Positions 46,449-56,096 of a DNA stretch of 64,000 nucleotides are shown one piece after another. The position numbers were made by a program, and so were the translations under genes. The notes under the pieces were generated by a model. It was not told the DNA's origin, ran no database searches, and worked only from the letters and a program-made list of their open reading frames with translations. The stretch is from a virus (lineage: Duplodnaviria; Heunggongvirae; Uroviricota; Caudoviricetes). The stretch is taken from IMG/VR virus record IMGVR_UViG_3300046491_000064, positions 40,060 to 104,059 of that record, one strand, 5' to 3'. Numbering within the stretch: the first letter of the stretch is position 1; the number at the start of each line of letters is the position of its first letter.

Positions 46449-46719
46449 TTACGGTGTAGCACTTGCCTTGTTTGAGAATGATGTGTGGTTGCCTCATGAC
46501 CAAATTGGATCATATTGGTATCGTCGAGGTAGTGACTTCTATTATAGCGAATCAGGTGATGTAGCTGATCCTGATGATTGGGATGGTGGTGGTTATGCAT
46601 CAGAGCGTGTACGTAGTTTCGTTACTGCTGGTGATTATGTTCTGGTTAGTATGGATGATTGCTCTGGTGGTAAGTATCAGGCTATCTTTAAACGTGACAT
46701 GGAGATTAAAAATGAGTAA
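46438..46719 (+). CDS. hypothetical protein
   Basis: GGGAGG RBS. Confidence 0.4.
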   Translation: MGCDYGVALALFENDVWLPHDQIGSYWYRRGSDFYYSESGDVADPDDWDGGGYASERVRSFVTAGDYVLVSMDDCSGGKYQAIFKRDMEIKNE

Positions 46720-46909
46720 TAAGGTTTACGGTTATGTGATCATTCATAAAGAGACAGGTGACCAGTGGGGTGGCGTTTATGCCAACAAAGCAGGTGCAGC
46801 CTCTGCTTACAACCACTATCACAACAATCATTACCAACGTGAAAAGCGTCACAAGTTTGCTGACCAAGATGCGTATCAGCGGCGTTCGCTGGTTCTAGCT
46901 GATGAGTGA
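46712..46909 (+). CDS. hypothetical protein (His/Tyr/Asn-rich)
   Basis: 65 aa. Confidence 0.35.
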   Translation: MSNKVYGYVIIHKETGDQWGGVYANKAGAASAYNHYHNNHYQREKRHKFADQDAYQRRSLVLADE

Positions 46910-47324
46910 AAGTCGAAGCCCGACATATCGTAGTTGGGATGGTATGATACAAAGGTGTACAAACCCTAACCATGAAGCGTATGAAAGGTACGCTTCTAAA
47001 GGGATTACAGTTTGTAAAGATTGGTTTGTTTATTCAAACTTTCGAAAAGACATGGGTGTGCGACCTGAAGGTTTGACCCTTGATCGTATTGATAATAACA
47101 AGGGTTACTATGCTGAGAACTGTAGATGGACTACCCGTCAGACACAGCAACTTAATCGTGGTAAGTTTAAGAACACAACATCAAAATACAAGAACGTATA
47201 TTGGAGTAAGAAGAGTTGCAAATGGATGGCTCGTTATCTAAAAATTGATGGTACAAGAGTTTATCTAGGTTTATTTGAAAATGAGGATGATGCAGGGAGG
47301 GTTGTTAATGAATACAGAGAATGA
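46902..47324 (+). CDS. HNH homing endonuclease with C-terminal AP2-like DNA-binding domain
   Basis: YRSWDGMIQRC..TLDRIDNNKGYYAENCRWTT HNH core; AP2-like YKNVYWSKKSCKWMARYLKIDGTRVYLGLFENEDDAGRVVNEY. Confidence 0.65.
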   Translation: MSESRSPTYRSWDGMIQRCTNPNHEAYERYASKGITVCKDWFVYSNFRKDMGVRPEGLTLDRIDNNKGYYAENCRWTTRQTQQLNRGKFKNTTSKYKNVYWSKKSCKWMARYLKIDGTRVYLGLFENEDDAGRVVNEYRE

Positions 47325-47889
47325 GTATCGTCCGTGGATAGAGTATAATCACATTTGGAAAACTGAATCAGCTTATCTTAGTTGGTTGAGAGGTGGAATT
47401 AGACGATCACTTTGGAGTAAGAACCCAATCAAGTTGGAGTTTGAAAAGGATGTAGCCGTACAGATTCCGAATTACAATCCAAAGAGCATGAAACGATTCC
47501 CTACCATCGCTGGCGGTCAGTGTGAAATCTGTAAGGGTTTGTTCAAGAAAACTGACATGGAAGTTGACCACAAGACCGGTGAGTTTGCATTGCGTTCGAT
47601 CAGTGACATTCAGACGTTTGTACAAGGGATTGTGTTGGTTCACAAGAAAGACCTTGCTCATCTGTGCAAACCCTGTCATGGTGTCAAAACTCATATGGAA
47701 CGGTACGAGTTCCCGACATTCGAGGAAGCTAAAGCTGACAAGAAAGCGATTGAGTGGGATAAGAAAAAAGCTAAGCAAGTGATTGACTTCCTTACGAAAT
47801 CTGGTATAATGCCCGCACGAAAGAAGGAAGATCGTCGAAACCAACTCTTTGAACATTTTAAAAAGGAGTATCAGAATGAAAGTAAATGA
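47308..47889 (+). CDS. HNH endonuclease (Zn-finger HNH, CxxC..DH..H..CxxCH)
   Basis: CEICKGLFKK..MEVDHKTGE..HLCKPCHGVKTH; GGAGGG RBS before ATG 47308. Confidence 0.6.
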   Translation: MNTENEYRPWIEYNHIWKTESAYLSWLRGGIRRSLWSKNPIKLEFEKDVAVQIPNYNPKSMKRFPTIAGGQCEICKGLFKKTDMEVDHKTGEFALRSISDIQTFVQGIVLVHKKDLAHLCKPCHGVKTHMERYEFPTFEEAKADKKAIEWDKKKAKQVIDFLTKSGIMPARKKEDRRNQLFEHFKKEYQNESK

Positions 47890-48053
47890 CGAAACATTCA
47901 AGATGTTGTTGACTAAAGTGTCTAGTCTCGAAGGACGAATTACTATACTCGAAACTTTTCTCAATCGGGAGATGTGCGGAAATGCCCGTTGATATTGCTG
48001 TTCAATTGGTTCAAACATTCATTGTATTTAGCTGGATCATGTAAGGAGTATTA

Positions 48054-49031
48054 ATGACAATCAAACAAAAGTCGTGGCATCGTGAGGCAATCAAACTTCG
48101 TGAACAAGGCCATAAGAGTCGCTTAATCGGTGAGATTCTTGGAGTTGGTAAGAGTACAGTTAACGACTTCTTTAAGAAGATGGATGAACAAGATACAACA
48201 GAGTATCTGCTGTCAGGTGTAAATGGTGAACACCTTCTTGAATCTATCGCCAAGTTTGAAAAGGCTGGTCCTCGTATTCTGGTTTACGATATTGAAACAG
48301 CACCTCTGCTTGCACATGTCTGGAAACTGTGGGATAATAACGTTGGTCTGAACCAGATTGATTCTGACTGGTACATCATGAGCGTGGCTGCTAAGTGGTT
48401 GGATGAAGACGAAGTGTTCTATTGGGATCAACAAGATGTGTACCCGATGGAAGATGACACTTACCTGCTGTCTAAACTGTGGTCGTTGCTGAATGAAGCT
48501 GACATCGTTATTGGTCAGAACGTTCGCCGGTTTGATACCAAGAAGGTGAATGCACGGTTTGTTCTGAATGGTTTCCCTAAGCCTAGCACTTATCGTCAGA
48601 TTGACACGATGGTTATTGCAAAGGATCAGTTCGGTTTCACCAGTAACAAACTGGAATACATGACTGAGAAACTGTGTCCTGAACATAAGAAGAGCAAACA
48701 TGCTAACTTCCCCGGACATACATTGTGGGCAGAATGTCTACGTGGTAACCCTGAAGCATGGGCAGAGATGCGTGAATACAACATTGATGACATTTATGGT
48801 ACGGAAGCGCTTTACAATGTCCTGTCTTCGTGGGATAGTAAGCTGCCGAACTTTGACATCTACGTTGATGATCTGCTGGATATGAGTGATTGGGTTGATG
48901 ACGGTTTTGTCTACACTCAGTTTGCTAAATACAAACGCTATCGTAACATCAACACTGGTGTTCAACGTCGCAGTCGTGTAAATGAACTGTCGAAAGAGAA
49001 ACGTCAGCAACTGCTGGCTAATATCGTCTAA
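48054..49031 (+). CDS. DnaQ/DEDD-family 3'-5' exonuclease with N-terminal HTH
   Basis: HTH RLIGEILGVGKSTVNDF; Exo I YDIETAP, Exo II NVRRFD, Exo III YNIDD. Confidence 0.55.
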   Translation: MTIKQKSWHREAIKLREQGHKSRLIGEILGVGKSTVNDFFKKMDEQDTTEYLLSGVNGEHLLESIAKFEKAGPRILVYDIETAPLLAHVWKLWDNNVGLNQIDSDWYIMSVAAKWLDEDEVFYWDQQDVYPMEDDTYLLSKLWSLLNEADIVIGQNVRRFDTKKVNARFVLNGFPKPSTYRQIDTMVIAKDQFGFTSNKLEYMTEKLCPEHKKSKHANFPGHTLWAECLRGNPEAWAEMREYNIDDIYGTEALYNVLSSWDSKLPNFDIYVDDLLDMSDWVDDGFVYTQFAKYKRYRNINTGVQRRSRVNELSKEKRQQLLANIV

Positions 49032-49039
49032 GAGGACTA

Positions 49040-49441
49040 ATGATGATTGATCGTAATGTTGACGCGATGGTGAAAGCCATCCGTCACTTCGAGTTAGATG
49101 TAGGTGAAGGGTTTGCTGATTACTTCATGGCAAGTTGGCCTGTTGGTAGTTGGTTCTACTTCCTGCTTGGTAAAGGTCACACCGAATGGGCAAACGAACT
49201 GATCAACGATTATGAAAAGGACGGATATGTCTGCCAAGAGAAACAGTTCGAATGGTTTGACGCTTACTGTGGTGAGGGTGAATCGGGTTGGGATGAAGAT
49301 ATCTACTTGAAGAATGTTCGTGTGTGGGCTGAATTCCTTGTAGAGAGTGATCAATACTACCGTCGAGTTAACGAGTTCTTTGCCGAGTACAATATCACAA
49401 TGGAGGATGTAGTAAGTGCAGAGCAAGAAACAGAGCGTTAA
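49040..49441 (+). CDS. hypothetical protein
   Basis: 133 aa. Confidence 0.45.
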   Translation: MMIDRNVDAMVKAIRHFELDVGEGFADYFMASWPVGSWFYFLLGKGHTEWANELINDYEKDGYVCQEKQFEWFDAYCGEGESGWDEDIYLKNVRVWAEFLVESDQYYRRVNEFFAEYNITMEDVVSAEQETER

Positions 49442-49646
49442 GGAAGTGCTGACCAGTACCTCGGTGGGTATGGTTGGCTCATTTCTAATCACAATGATGT
49501 GTTTGCAGATTTTCAAAGACCAACTAGCAATCGGAATCAGTACCACTGTATTGTGTACCGTCTGGTCGATTGGCAGAGGTTATGCAATTCGTCGTTACTA
49601 CAACAGTAAAGTAGCTAAGGAGAATCTAATTGGCTCAAACGTTTAA
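49416..49646 (+). CDS. small membrane protein
   Basis: 76 aa, 2 TMDs. Confidence 0.35.
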   Translation: MQSKKQSVKEVLTSTSVGMVGSFLITMMCLQIFKDQLAIGISTTVLCTVWSIGRGYAIRRYYNSKVAKENLIGSNV

Positions 49647-49872
49647 CGAACTTCAAGAAGCAATTGCTAAAGTGATTGCAGATATAAAGAATCAACATGA
49701 CCTTGATGATGAGTTTTATCTTACTTACATTGGAGTCTTGAATGATGGTGACATCAGTGACTGGTTCAATAATCACTTTGACGATAACGTTGAACTGGGT
49801 GTTGGTCTAGGTCAAAAGTTGGAAGCTGTAAGAATCATCGATGAACTTGAATTCCTCATTAAAGGAGAATAA
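49630..49872 (+). CDS. hypothetical protein
   Basis: 80 aa. Confidence 0.4.
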   Translation: MAQTFNELQEAIAKVIADIKNQHDLDDEFYLTYIGVLNDGDISDWFNNHFDDNVELGVGLGQKLEAVRIIDELEFLIKGE

Positions 49873-49873
49873 C

Positions 49874-50131
49874 TTGGAAGCACTACATTTCGTATATTGG
49901 TTACAGGGTCATGCTGAGCTTAACAGCAACAGCGGTAATGATGAGGGTTTGAATGCTTATCAATGGGCAATCGTTAAAGACCACATCGCTTTGGTATTGA
50001 ATAAACAGACACCATTCCGTACTAGCCCGCCTTACAATGGTGGTTTTACAACCTTGCCTAAAGTTGACAATGGTCCGACATTTACAATGCCATTACTTAG
50101 TACCAACCCGTCACTTGCCATTACTTGCTAA
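49874..50131 (+). CDS. hypothetical protein (TTG start)
   Basis: AAAGGAG 6 nt before TTG. Confidence 0.4.
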   Translation: MEALHFVYWLQGHAELNSNSGNDEGLNAYQWAIVKDHIALVLNKQTPFRTSPPYNGGFTTLPKVDNGPTFTMPLLSTNPSLAITC

Positions 50132-50151
50132 TAGAATTAAAGGAGAATACA

Positions 50152-50676
50152 TTGAGTTATCAGAAATACACGCCGGAAGTAAGACGATGGAATGAAGTGA
50201 TGTTAAATGCACCAAGCTTTGATCATAGTCGAGATGTACGTGATACGATGAACATTGCAAAGATCGGTCGTCAATCTAACTTTGTTATCGAAGAGGCGAA
50301 AGAGATTCGTGAAGGTTTCGAGACCACTAATGTTCAAGAGATGCTGGACGGTCACCTAGATACTCGTTTCGTTAACGATCAGATTGGTGTATACTTGGAA
50401 GCACTTGGTATTGACCTTGAGGCTGCTTGGAATGAGGTATGTGCTTCGAACAACTCCAAGTTTAGCACTGACCTAGACATGATGCTAAAGAGTGCTAAAA
50501 GTTTGACTGAAGAGCTTGGAGATGAGGTGTTAGTTCAACAGGCACCGTCTGCTGTTGGTGAGCCGACCACTTATATCCTGAAACGTACAAGTAACGGGAA
50601 GATCATGAAACCTGATTGCTTCCGTGAACCAAACCTGCGTCCATTTATTCCTAAACATTTGAGAGGTAAGCGTTAA
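50152..50676 (+). CDS. MazG-like nucleoside triphosphate pyrophosphohydrolase (putative; TTG start)
   Basis: AAAGGAG before TTG 50152; EMLDGHLDTRF..YLEALGIDLEAAW resembles MazG EEXXE/D helices. Confidence 0.45.
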   Translation: MSYQKYTPEVRRWNEVMLNAPSFDHSRDVRDTMNIAKIGRQSNFVIEEAKEIREGFETTNVQEMLDGHLDTRFVNDQIGVYLEALGIDLEAAWNEVCASNNSKFSTDLDMMLKSAKSLTEELGDEVLVQQAPSAVGEPTTYILKRTSNGKIMKPDCFREPNLRPFIPKHLRGKR

Positions 50677-51503
50677 TGACTGTTAATATTGGTGATCGTT
50701 ATAAAGTTGTTGGTGGCCTTGTAAGCTACACAGATGTATATGTTACTGACGAAATGCTTGACTCGATTTACACTGTCGTTGAGGACTCTAATGATCCTTG
50801 CTGGTTTGACTTCGAAGAAAAGACTGTTGAAATTGGTGCTGTTAAATATTGGCCCCGTGACTTTGAGAAAGTTGAAGCCTTGGATGAACATACTGTAGCT
50901 ACTCACTTTGTTACTACGGCTGTAGGTAAGATTGTTCCTAATCCTGACTTTCATAGTCTAAAGCCTAACTGGTCCATTCACATGGCTGATAGTGACAAAA
51001 GTCAGTTGTTTTACGCAGGTGATAATGGCATTACAGTTTCACCTATTGCTATGAACATTCCTCAAGAGCATGTTGATAGTGCCTCGGTAAAAAGCGCATT
51101 TGAAAGCATTCGTGGTGCTTTGGCTTCTGGTATTGCTCAGAGTAAAGCTGATTCAGAGTTGAGCACTCGGTTTGGTAATAGCTCGCTCGGTGTTTATCGT
51201 CCTAACTTGGAAGACCGTAAGGTTGGTAAGGTGCGAGTAGAACTGGTTGATCATGGTTTCCCTAATGCACTTTGGGAACTGGCTAAACTGATGACTTGGG
51301 CACAGGAAGCAAAAGGGTACAAAGACCACGACTGGAAGAATCTTCCAAATGCTAAAGCATCTTTGCGTGCAGCGGCCAGCCGTCATCGCCAGAAAGATAT
51401 CCTTGGTGAATTGATGGATGATGAAAGCGGTTTGTATCACAAGGTAAGTGAAGCGTTTGGTGTTCTGGCTGAGCTTGAACTAATGCTGACCGAATCGAAG
51501 TAA
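50676..51503 (+). CDS. hypothetical protein (nucleotide-metabolism neighbourhood)
   Basis: 275 aa. Confidence 0.45.
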   Translation: MTVNIGDRYKVVGGLVSYTDVYVTDEMLDSIYTVVEDSNDPCWFDFEEKTVEIGAVKYWPRDFEKVEALDEHTVATHFVTTAVGKIVPNPDFHSLKPNWSIHMADSDKSQLFYAGDNGITVSPIAMNIPQEHVDSASVKSAFESIRGALASGIAQSKADSELSTRFGNSSLGVYRPNLEDRKVGKVRVELVDHGFPNALWELAKLMTWAQEAKGYKDHDWKNLPNAKASLRAAASRHRQKDILGELMDDESGLYHKVSEAFGVLAELELMLTESK

Positions 51504-51523
51504 GATATTGACTTATGTGGGTG
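51495..51523 (+). promoter_or_regulatory. sigma70 promoter TTGACT-17-TATAAT
   Basis: -35 51495-51500, -10 51518-51523. Confidence 0.6.
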
Positions 51524-51572
51524 ATTCACGTATAATGGTCACCCTACAACTAGAAAGTAAAGGAGAAAGAGT

Positions 51573-52583
51573 TTGTCTGATCAAGTAAGTGCAGTTGTTA
51601 TTGCCCATTCCAAATCTGCTGTAACCGGTCATGAAATGGTGACATTCGAGTGGGAATTCCCTCGTATCATCTTGGCTGAAGTTAATACCCACAACGCACT
51701 AAGTAAGAATGCAAGCTCTTCTCGTGCAATTCCTGTAGCAACCATCAACACACAAGTTCGTTCTGCACCAGCAATGCCCGTTCGCTTCGGTAAAGCAAAC
51801 ACAGGTATGCAAGATGCTGGTGAACATAATGAAGCTGTATTCCTGAACTTCCCTGACAATGGTTATTGCGGATACTTCACACCTCAAGATGCTTGGGCTG
51901 TTGGTTGCGAAGTAGTTGCCAGTATCTCTGATGCATTCACTGAAGCTGGTTATGCAAAACAAGTAGCAAACCGTTGGACCGAAGTTGGTCAGCGTATGAA
52001 ACAAGTTGTATCGGCTACAGACCTTGCAAACTTCTTTTGGTTGCGTGATCACCATATGGCTGATCCTACCATTGATGCTCTGGCAAAAGCTGCTAAAGAG
52101 GCTCTGGCTGCGTCTACGCCTGTGATTCTAAATCCGGGTGAGTGGCATGTTCCGTATTACAATGATGGTTATTGGATCAAGAGTAATTTCCTGAGTGTTA
52201 ATCGTGATGTAGCAATTGACAAGTTTGGTTATACACTTCAGCAAGCTTTGGACATCAGTGCTTCTTGCACTGCCCAAGTTAGTTATCGTAAGCTGGATGA
52301 CACAATGGAAAAAGCTCGTTCTGTTGTTGCTCGACTGAATCTTCACGGTGAACAACCTGATGATCCTGTACATGCAAGTCCTTTGGAACACCAAGCAACA
52401 CCGATTGCAAGAAGTGAATGTAACGATCCAAGTGATGACACCGATGGTATTAACCTGATGGACCCTTGCACATGGGAACCGGGAATTACACACAGAATGC
52501 GTGATGGTACTTTGGCATCTGGTAACCTGAAAGGGTTTATTCAGCATCGTCAACTAGTTCCGAATCATGTGAAAGAGGGTTAA
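51573..52583 (+). CDS. ThyX-like (flavin-dependent thymidylate synthase fold) protein with THN in place of RHR
   Basis: TTG start with AAAGGAG RBS; PRIILAEVNTHNALSKNASSSRAIP aligns to ThyX SR..THQLVRHR..S.R but Arg-His-Arg is Thr-His-Asn. Confidence 0.55.
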   Translation: MSDQVSAVVIAHSKSAVTGHEMVTFEWEFPRIILAEVNTHNALSKNASSSRAIPVATINTQVRSAPAMPVRFGKANTGMQDAGEHNEAVFLNFPDNGYCGYFTPQDAWAVGCEVVASISDAFTEAGYAKQVANRWTEVGQRMKQVVSATDLANFFWLRDHHMADPTIDALAKAAKEALAASTPVILNPGEWHVPYYNDGYWIKSNFLSVNRDVAIDKFGYTLQQALDISASCTAQVSYRKLDDTMEKARSVVARLNLHGEQPDDPVHASPLEHQATPIARSECNDPSDDTDGINLMDPCTWEPGITHRMRDGTLASGNLKGFIQHRQLVPNHVKEG

Positions 52584-52587
52584 TAAA

Positions 52588-53049
52588 ATGAGTGAATTGA
52601 AGATTGAAAAGTTTGACCAGCCACATGAGTTCGATCAGTTTCTAGGTCAGATTGATATGGAGCATCACCCTCTGTGGGAAAAAGCATGGCAGGGACAAGA
52701 TCAGAAAGCGTTTGAAACCATTCTACATGATATGGGTGCAGACCTTCGTTATGGTTATGAATTCCGTGTGTGTCTATATCGGGCACGCACAAATAACAAA
52801 GTGGAATACGGTGTTCGTGTAAGCTTTGTTGAACGTACTGACAAATGGTGGGTAGACAATATGATGGCTACTTCTGACATTGTTCGTACAACTAAGAACA
52901 GTTTGCGTGCAACTGGTATGCGTGAGAGCCTGATGGAAGAAAGCCCAATGCATACAGCTATGGTTGCCGCTGCTGAGCGTTTCGTTGTTAATGCTGACAT
53001 CCGTGTTGATGAAGGCGATGTTGCTAATATTGTGGAAGGGGTTAAATGA
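52588..53049 (+). CDS. hypothetical protein
   Basis: 153 aa. Confidence 0.45.
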   Translation: MSELKIEKFDQPHEFDQFLGQIDMEHHPLWEKAWQGQDQKAFETILHDMGADLRYGYEFRVCLYRARTNNKVEYGVRVSFVERTDKWWVDNMMATSDIVRTTKNSLRATGMRESLMEESPMHTAMVAAAERFVVNADIRVDEGDVANIVEGVK

Positions 53050-53291
53050 TGATTAAAGTATTCGGTATGCAAAATTGCAGTGGGTGTGACACAGTTAAGA
53101 CACTACTTAAAACCAAAGGTGTTGAGTTTGTCGAACTAGATGTTATGAACCCTGACCATATGGCTGAAGCTCAAACTTATGGTGTTCGTGGTGTTCCAAC
53201 TGTTGTAATCAACAACGATGGTACTGAACATGTATTCACAGGAAGCACTAAGCCTGTTCTGGATTCGATTATTCTGCACGCCGGACTTTAA
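53046..53291 (+). CDS. nrdH: glutaredoxin-like protein NrdH
   Basis: 81 aa, CSGC redox motif, directly upstream of RNR genes. Confidence 0.7.
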   Translation: MMIKVFGMQNCSGCDTVKTLLKTKGVEFVELDVMNPDHMAEAQTYGVRGVPTVVINNDGTEHVFTGSTKPVLDSIILHAGL

Positions 53292-53293
53292 CT

Positions 53294-54298
53294 ATGGCAG
53301 TGCAAATCCAAACCTTCACGGATAGCTTCGTTGCTGACTATCCTGAAGCAATCGAGTTTATGAATAAGCAACAGGAAATCTATTGGCCCCACTTTGAGGT
53401 CAAGGTAGAGAAAGATAAACAAGATTTCATGGTTAACCTGAGTGAGCAAGAGAAGCATGGTGTTATTACTACACTTCAGCTGTTCACCAAGTATGAATGG
53501 ATCATCGGTAATGAGTTCTGGATCAACTTCGTAATGAGGAAGTTCCCACGACCTGCTGACATTCAACCAATGGCTGCGACGTTTGGTGCTGTTGAGATGG
53601 GTATCCATCAATTCTTCTACAAGAAGTTGAATGAAGTATTAGGTTTGGCTAACGATGAGTTCTATCGTGCTTATATCAATGACCCCGAGTTGAAAGCTCG
53701 TATTGACTTCCTGACTGAAACGTTGGATGAGGCTGATGACCTTCGGGCACTTGGTGGTTTTACATTCGGTGAAGGTGCAATTCTGTACACCAGTTTTGCT
53801 TATCTTAAACACTTTCAATCGAGTGGTAAGAACAAACTGGTTAACGTTGTGTCTGGTATCAACTTCAGCGCTCGTGATGAGCATCTGCATTCACTTGCTG
53901 CTGCTTGGTTGTTCCGTACACTGCTGGCAGAGAAGCGTGCCGCTGGTGAGATTACACCAGAAGAGGAAGTAGCACTGCAAAAAGATATCTTTGCTGCTGC
54001 TCAGAAGGTGTTGGAACATGAACAGGTTATTATCGCTAAAATCTTCGAGAAAGGAACGATTGATGGTATCACTGCTCACCAGTTAGAAGAGTTTGCAAAG
54101 CATCGTATTAATCTGTGCTTGAACAACTTGGGTTATGAGTCGTTGTTTGAAATCAAAAACACAGTTGTTGAAGAATGGTTTTACAAGGGTATCACTGGAT
54201 ATGCTTCGAATGACTTCTTTAACTCTAAAGGCAATCAGTATTCGCGTGACTGGAACTTGATGGGGTTCAGCCGTTTGAAACGTAAGGAGCAACAATGA
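53294..54298 (+). CDS. nrdB: ribonucleotide reductase class I small subunit
   Basis: diiron ligand motifs incl. EHLHS, ferritin-like fold length. Confidence 0.85.
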   Translation: MAVQIQTFTDSFVADYPEAIEFMNKQQEIYWPHFEVKVEKDKQDFMVNLSEQEKHGVITTLQLFTKYEWIIGNEFWINFVMRKFPRPADIQPMAATFGAVEMGIHQFFYKKLNEVLGLANDEFYRAYINDPELKARIDFLTETLDEADDLRALGGFTFGEGAILYTSFAYLKHFQSSGKNKLVNVVSGINFSARDEHLHSLAAAWLFRTLLAEKRAAGEITPEEEVALQKDIFAAAQKVLEHEQVIIAKIFEKGTIDGITAHQLEEFAKHRINLCLNNLGYESLFEIKNTVVEEWFYKGITGYASNDFFNSKGNQYSRDWNLMGFSRLKRKEQQ

Positions 54299-55989
54299 CA
54301 GCTGTAACATATGATGCCTTGAGCAAAGAACGTAAGAAACTACAGGAAGCGGGCTTAATGCCCGAACACTGGTCAACCGGTAGTTGGCAGTTGTTTAAAG
54401 AGAAGTATCTGTACAAAGCAGACAATCCTCGTGAACAGTATGAACGTATCGCAAAGACTCTGGCTGTACACACACCAGACCCGTCATTGTGGGCTGAGAA
54501 GTTCTTTGACGTGATGTGGAAGGGTTGGTTGTCACCTTCGACTCCTATTCTGTCTAACGTTGGTACGACTCGTGGTCTTCCTGTAAGCTGTGCTGGTGTT
54601 TACTATCCTGACAGCATTGACGGAATCTTTCAAGCTAAGCACGAAGTAGCGATTCTGACTAAACATGGTTTCGGTACTGCTGGCTATCTTGGTGACGTTC
54701 GTCCTCGTGGTGCAGCGATTAGTGCTGGTGGTAAGTCGGCTGGTATCCTGCCTATCATTGAAGGCATGGAAAACGACATGACCTATGTTGCTCAGGGTAC
54801 TACTCGACGTGGTGCATGGGCCGGTTATGTTCCAGTTAATCACGGTGACTTCCATGAAGTTGTTGATTACCTGCTGGCTCATGATGACGGTGTTAACGTT
54901 GGTTGGAACTGGTATGATGTTGATACAGACGCTATCGTCAAACATTACTGCGAAGAGATGGACCTTCGGTGGTGTAAGGTCAATAAGACCCGGATGGTGA
55001 CAGGTAAGGGTTACATGTACTTCCCTGACAAAGTGAACCGCGCTCGACCTCAGATGTATGTTGATAAAGGCATGTTCGTTAAGGCAGCACAACTGTGTGA
55101 TGAAATCAGTTTGTTCAATGACATCGATCATACTTACACTTGTGTACTGGCTTCGATGAATGGTCGTAAGTATCGTGAATGGAAATACACTGATGCTGTG
55201 TTTGTTTCGACTGTGTTCCTTGACTGTGTTGCTCAGGAATTCATCGAGAAGGCTAAGAACATTCGTGGTCTTGAGAAGGCTGTTCGCTTCACCAAGAAGT
55301 CTCGTGCATTGGGTCTTGGTCTGTGTGGTTTGCACTCTCTGTACATGAGCGAGTTCATTGCATACGATTCGCTACAAGCGACGTTCTTGAACGTTGAAAT
55401 CTTTAAGCATCTGAATGCTGAGAGTCTGCGAGCAAGTCAATGGGTTGCAAGTGTATATGGTGAACCTGAATGGTGTAAAGGTTATGGCGTAGCTAATACA
55501 CACCGCTTGGCAGTCGCTCCAACGAAGTCTACGGCACTTATCATGGGTGGGGTTACCGAAGGTATCAACACTGAAGACGGACTCGTTAAAACGCAACGTA
55601 CAGCGGCTGGTGAAGTTGATCGCGTGAACCCTGAGTTCCTTGATTACCTGAAACAAGAAGGTCTGTACAGTAAAGCTCGTATTCGCGAAGTACGGGAAGC
55701 GATGGGAAGTTGTCAGCGTGTTAGTTGGTTGAGTGATGAGGCTAAGCTTGTATTTAGAACCGGGTTTGAGATTGACCCGTATGCTCAGATTCGTCAAGCT
55801 TCGCAACGTGGTCCAGAGTTGTGTCAGTGGCAGTCGTTCAACCTTTACCTTAGTTCCGACTTGGGTGAGGAATACATCAGTGATGTGATGTGGACTATTG
55901 TTGAAGATGAAAATATGCATGGTGTGTATTACACATATGGTCAAGCTGGTGTTCAGGCTTCCAATGGTGAATGTACAGCATGTCAGTGA
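54295..55989 (+). CDS. nrdA: ribonucleotide reductase class I large subunit (no ATP-cone)
   Basis: 564 aa, ATGA coupling to nrdB, C-terminal ECTAC redox pair. Confidence 0.8.
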   Translation: MTAVTYDALSKERKKLQEAGLMPEHWSTGSWQLFKEKYLYKADNPREQYERIAKTLAVHTPDPSLWAEKFFDVMWKGWLSPSTPILSNVGTTRGLPVSCAGVYYPDSIDGIFQAKHEVAILTKHGFGTAGYLGDVRPRGAAISAGGKSAGILPIIEGMENDMTYVAQGTTRRGAWAGYVPVNHGDFHEVVDYLLAHDDGVNVGWNWYDVDTDAIVKHYCEEMDLRWCKVNKTRMVTGKGYMYFPDKVNRARPQMYVDKGMFVKAAQLCDEISLFNDIDHTYTCVLASMNGRKYREWKYTDAVFVSTVFLDCVAQEFIEKAKNIRGLEKAVRFTKKSRALGLGLCGLHSLYMSEFIAYDSLQATFLNVEIFKHLNAESLRASQWVASVYGEPEWCKGYGVANTHRLAVAPTKSTALIMGGVTEGINTEDGLVKTQRTAAGEVDRVNPEFLDYLKQEGLYSKARIREVREAMGSCQRVSWLSDEAKLVFRTGFEIDPYAQIRQASQRGPELCQWQSFNLYLSSDLGEEYISDVMWTIVEDENMHGVYYTYGQAGVQASNGECTACQ

Positions 55990-56002
55990 GTTGAAGAAAA
56001 TG

Positions 56003-56027
56003 CCCGCCTCGTGCGGGTTTTCTTTTG
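56003..56027 (+). terminator. rho-independent terminator (same stem as 44501)
   Basis: cccgc ctcgt gcggg ttttcttttg. Confidence 0.65.
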
Positions 56028-56042
56028 CCTGCGAAAAAGTGG

Positions 56043-56070
56043 TTGACACCCTGTCAGGATCGTGTAGAAT
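56043..56070 (+). promoter_or_regulatory. sigma70 promoter TTGACA-16-TAGAAT
   Basis: -35 56043-56048, -10 56065-56070. Confidence 0.55.
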
Positions 56071-56096
56071 TGGCTCATCAAACACAGGAGATGAAA

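Larger units (their letters stand above)
46902..47889 (+). mobile_element. tandem homing-endonuclease gene insertion (two HNH-type ORFs)
   Basis: two adjacent HNH-family nuclease ORFs between conserved small genes. Confidence 0.4.
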
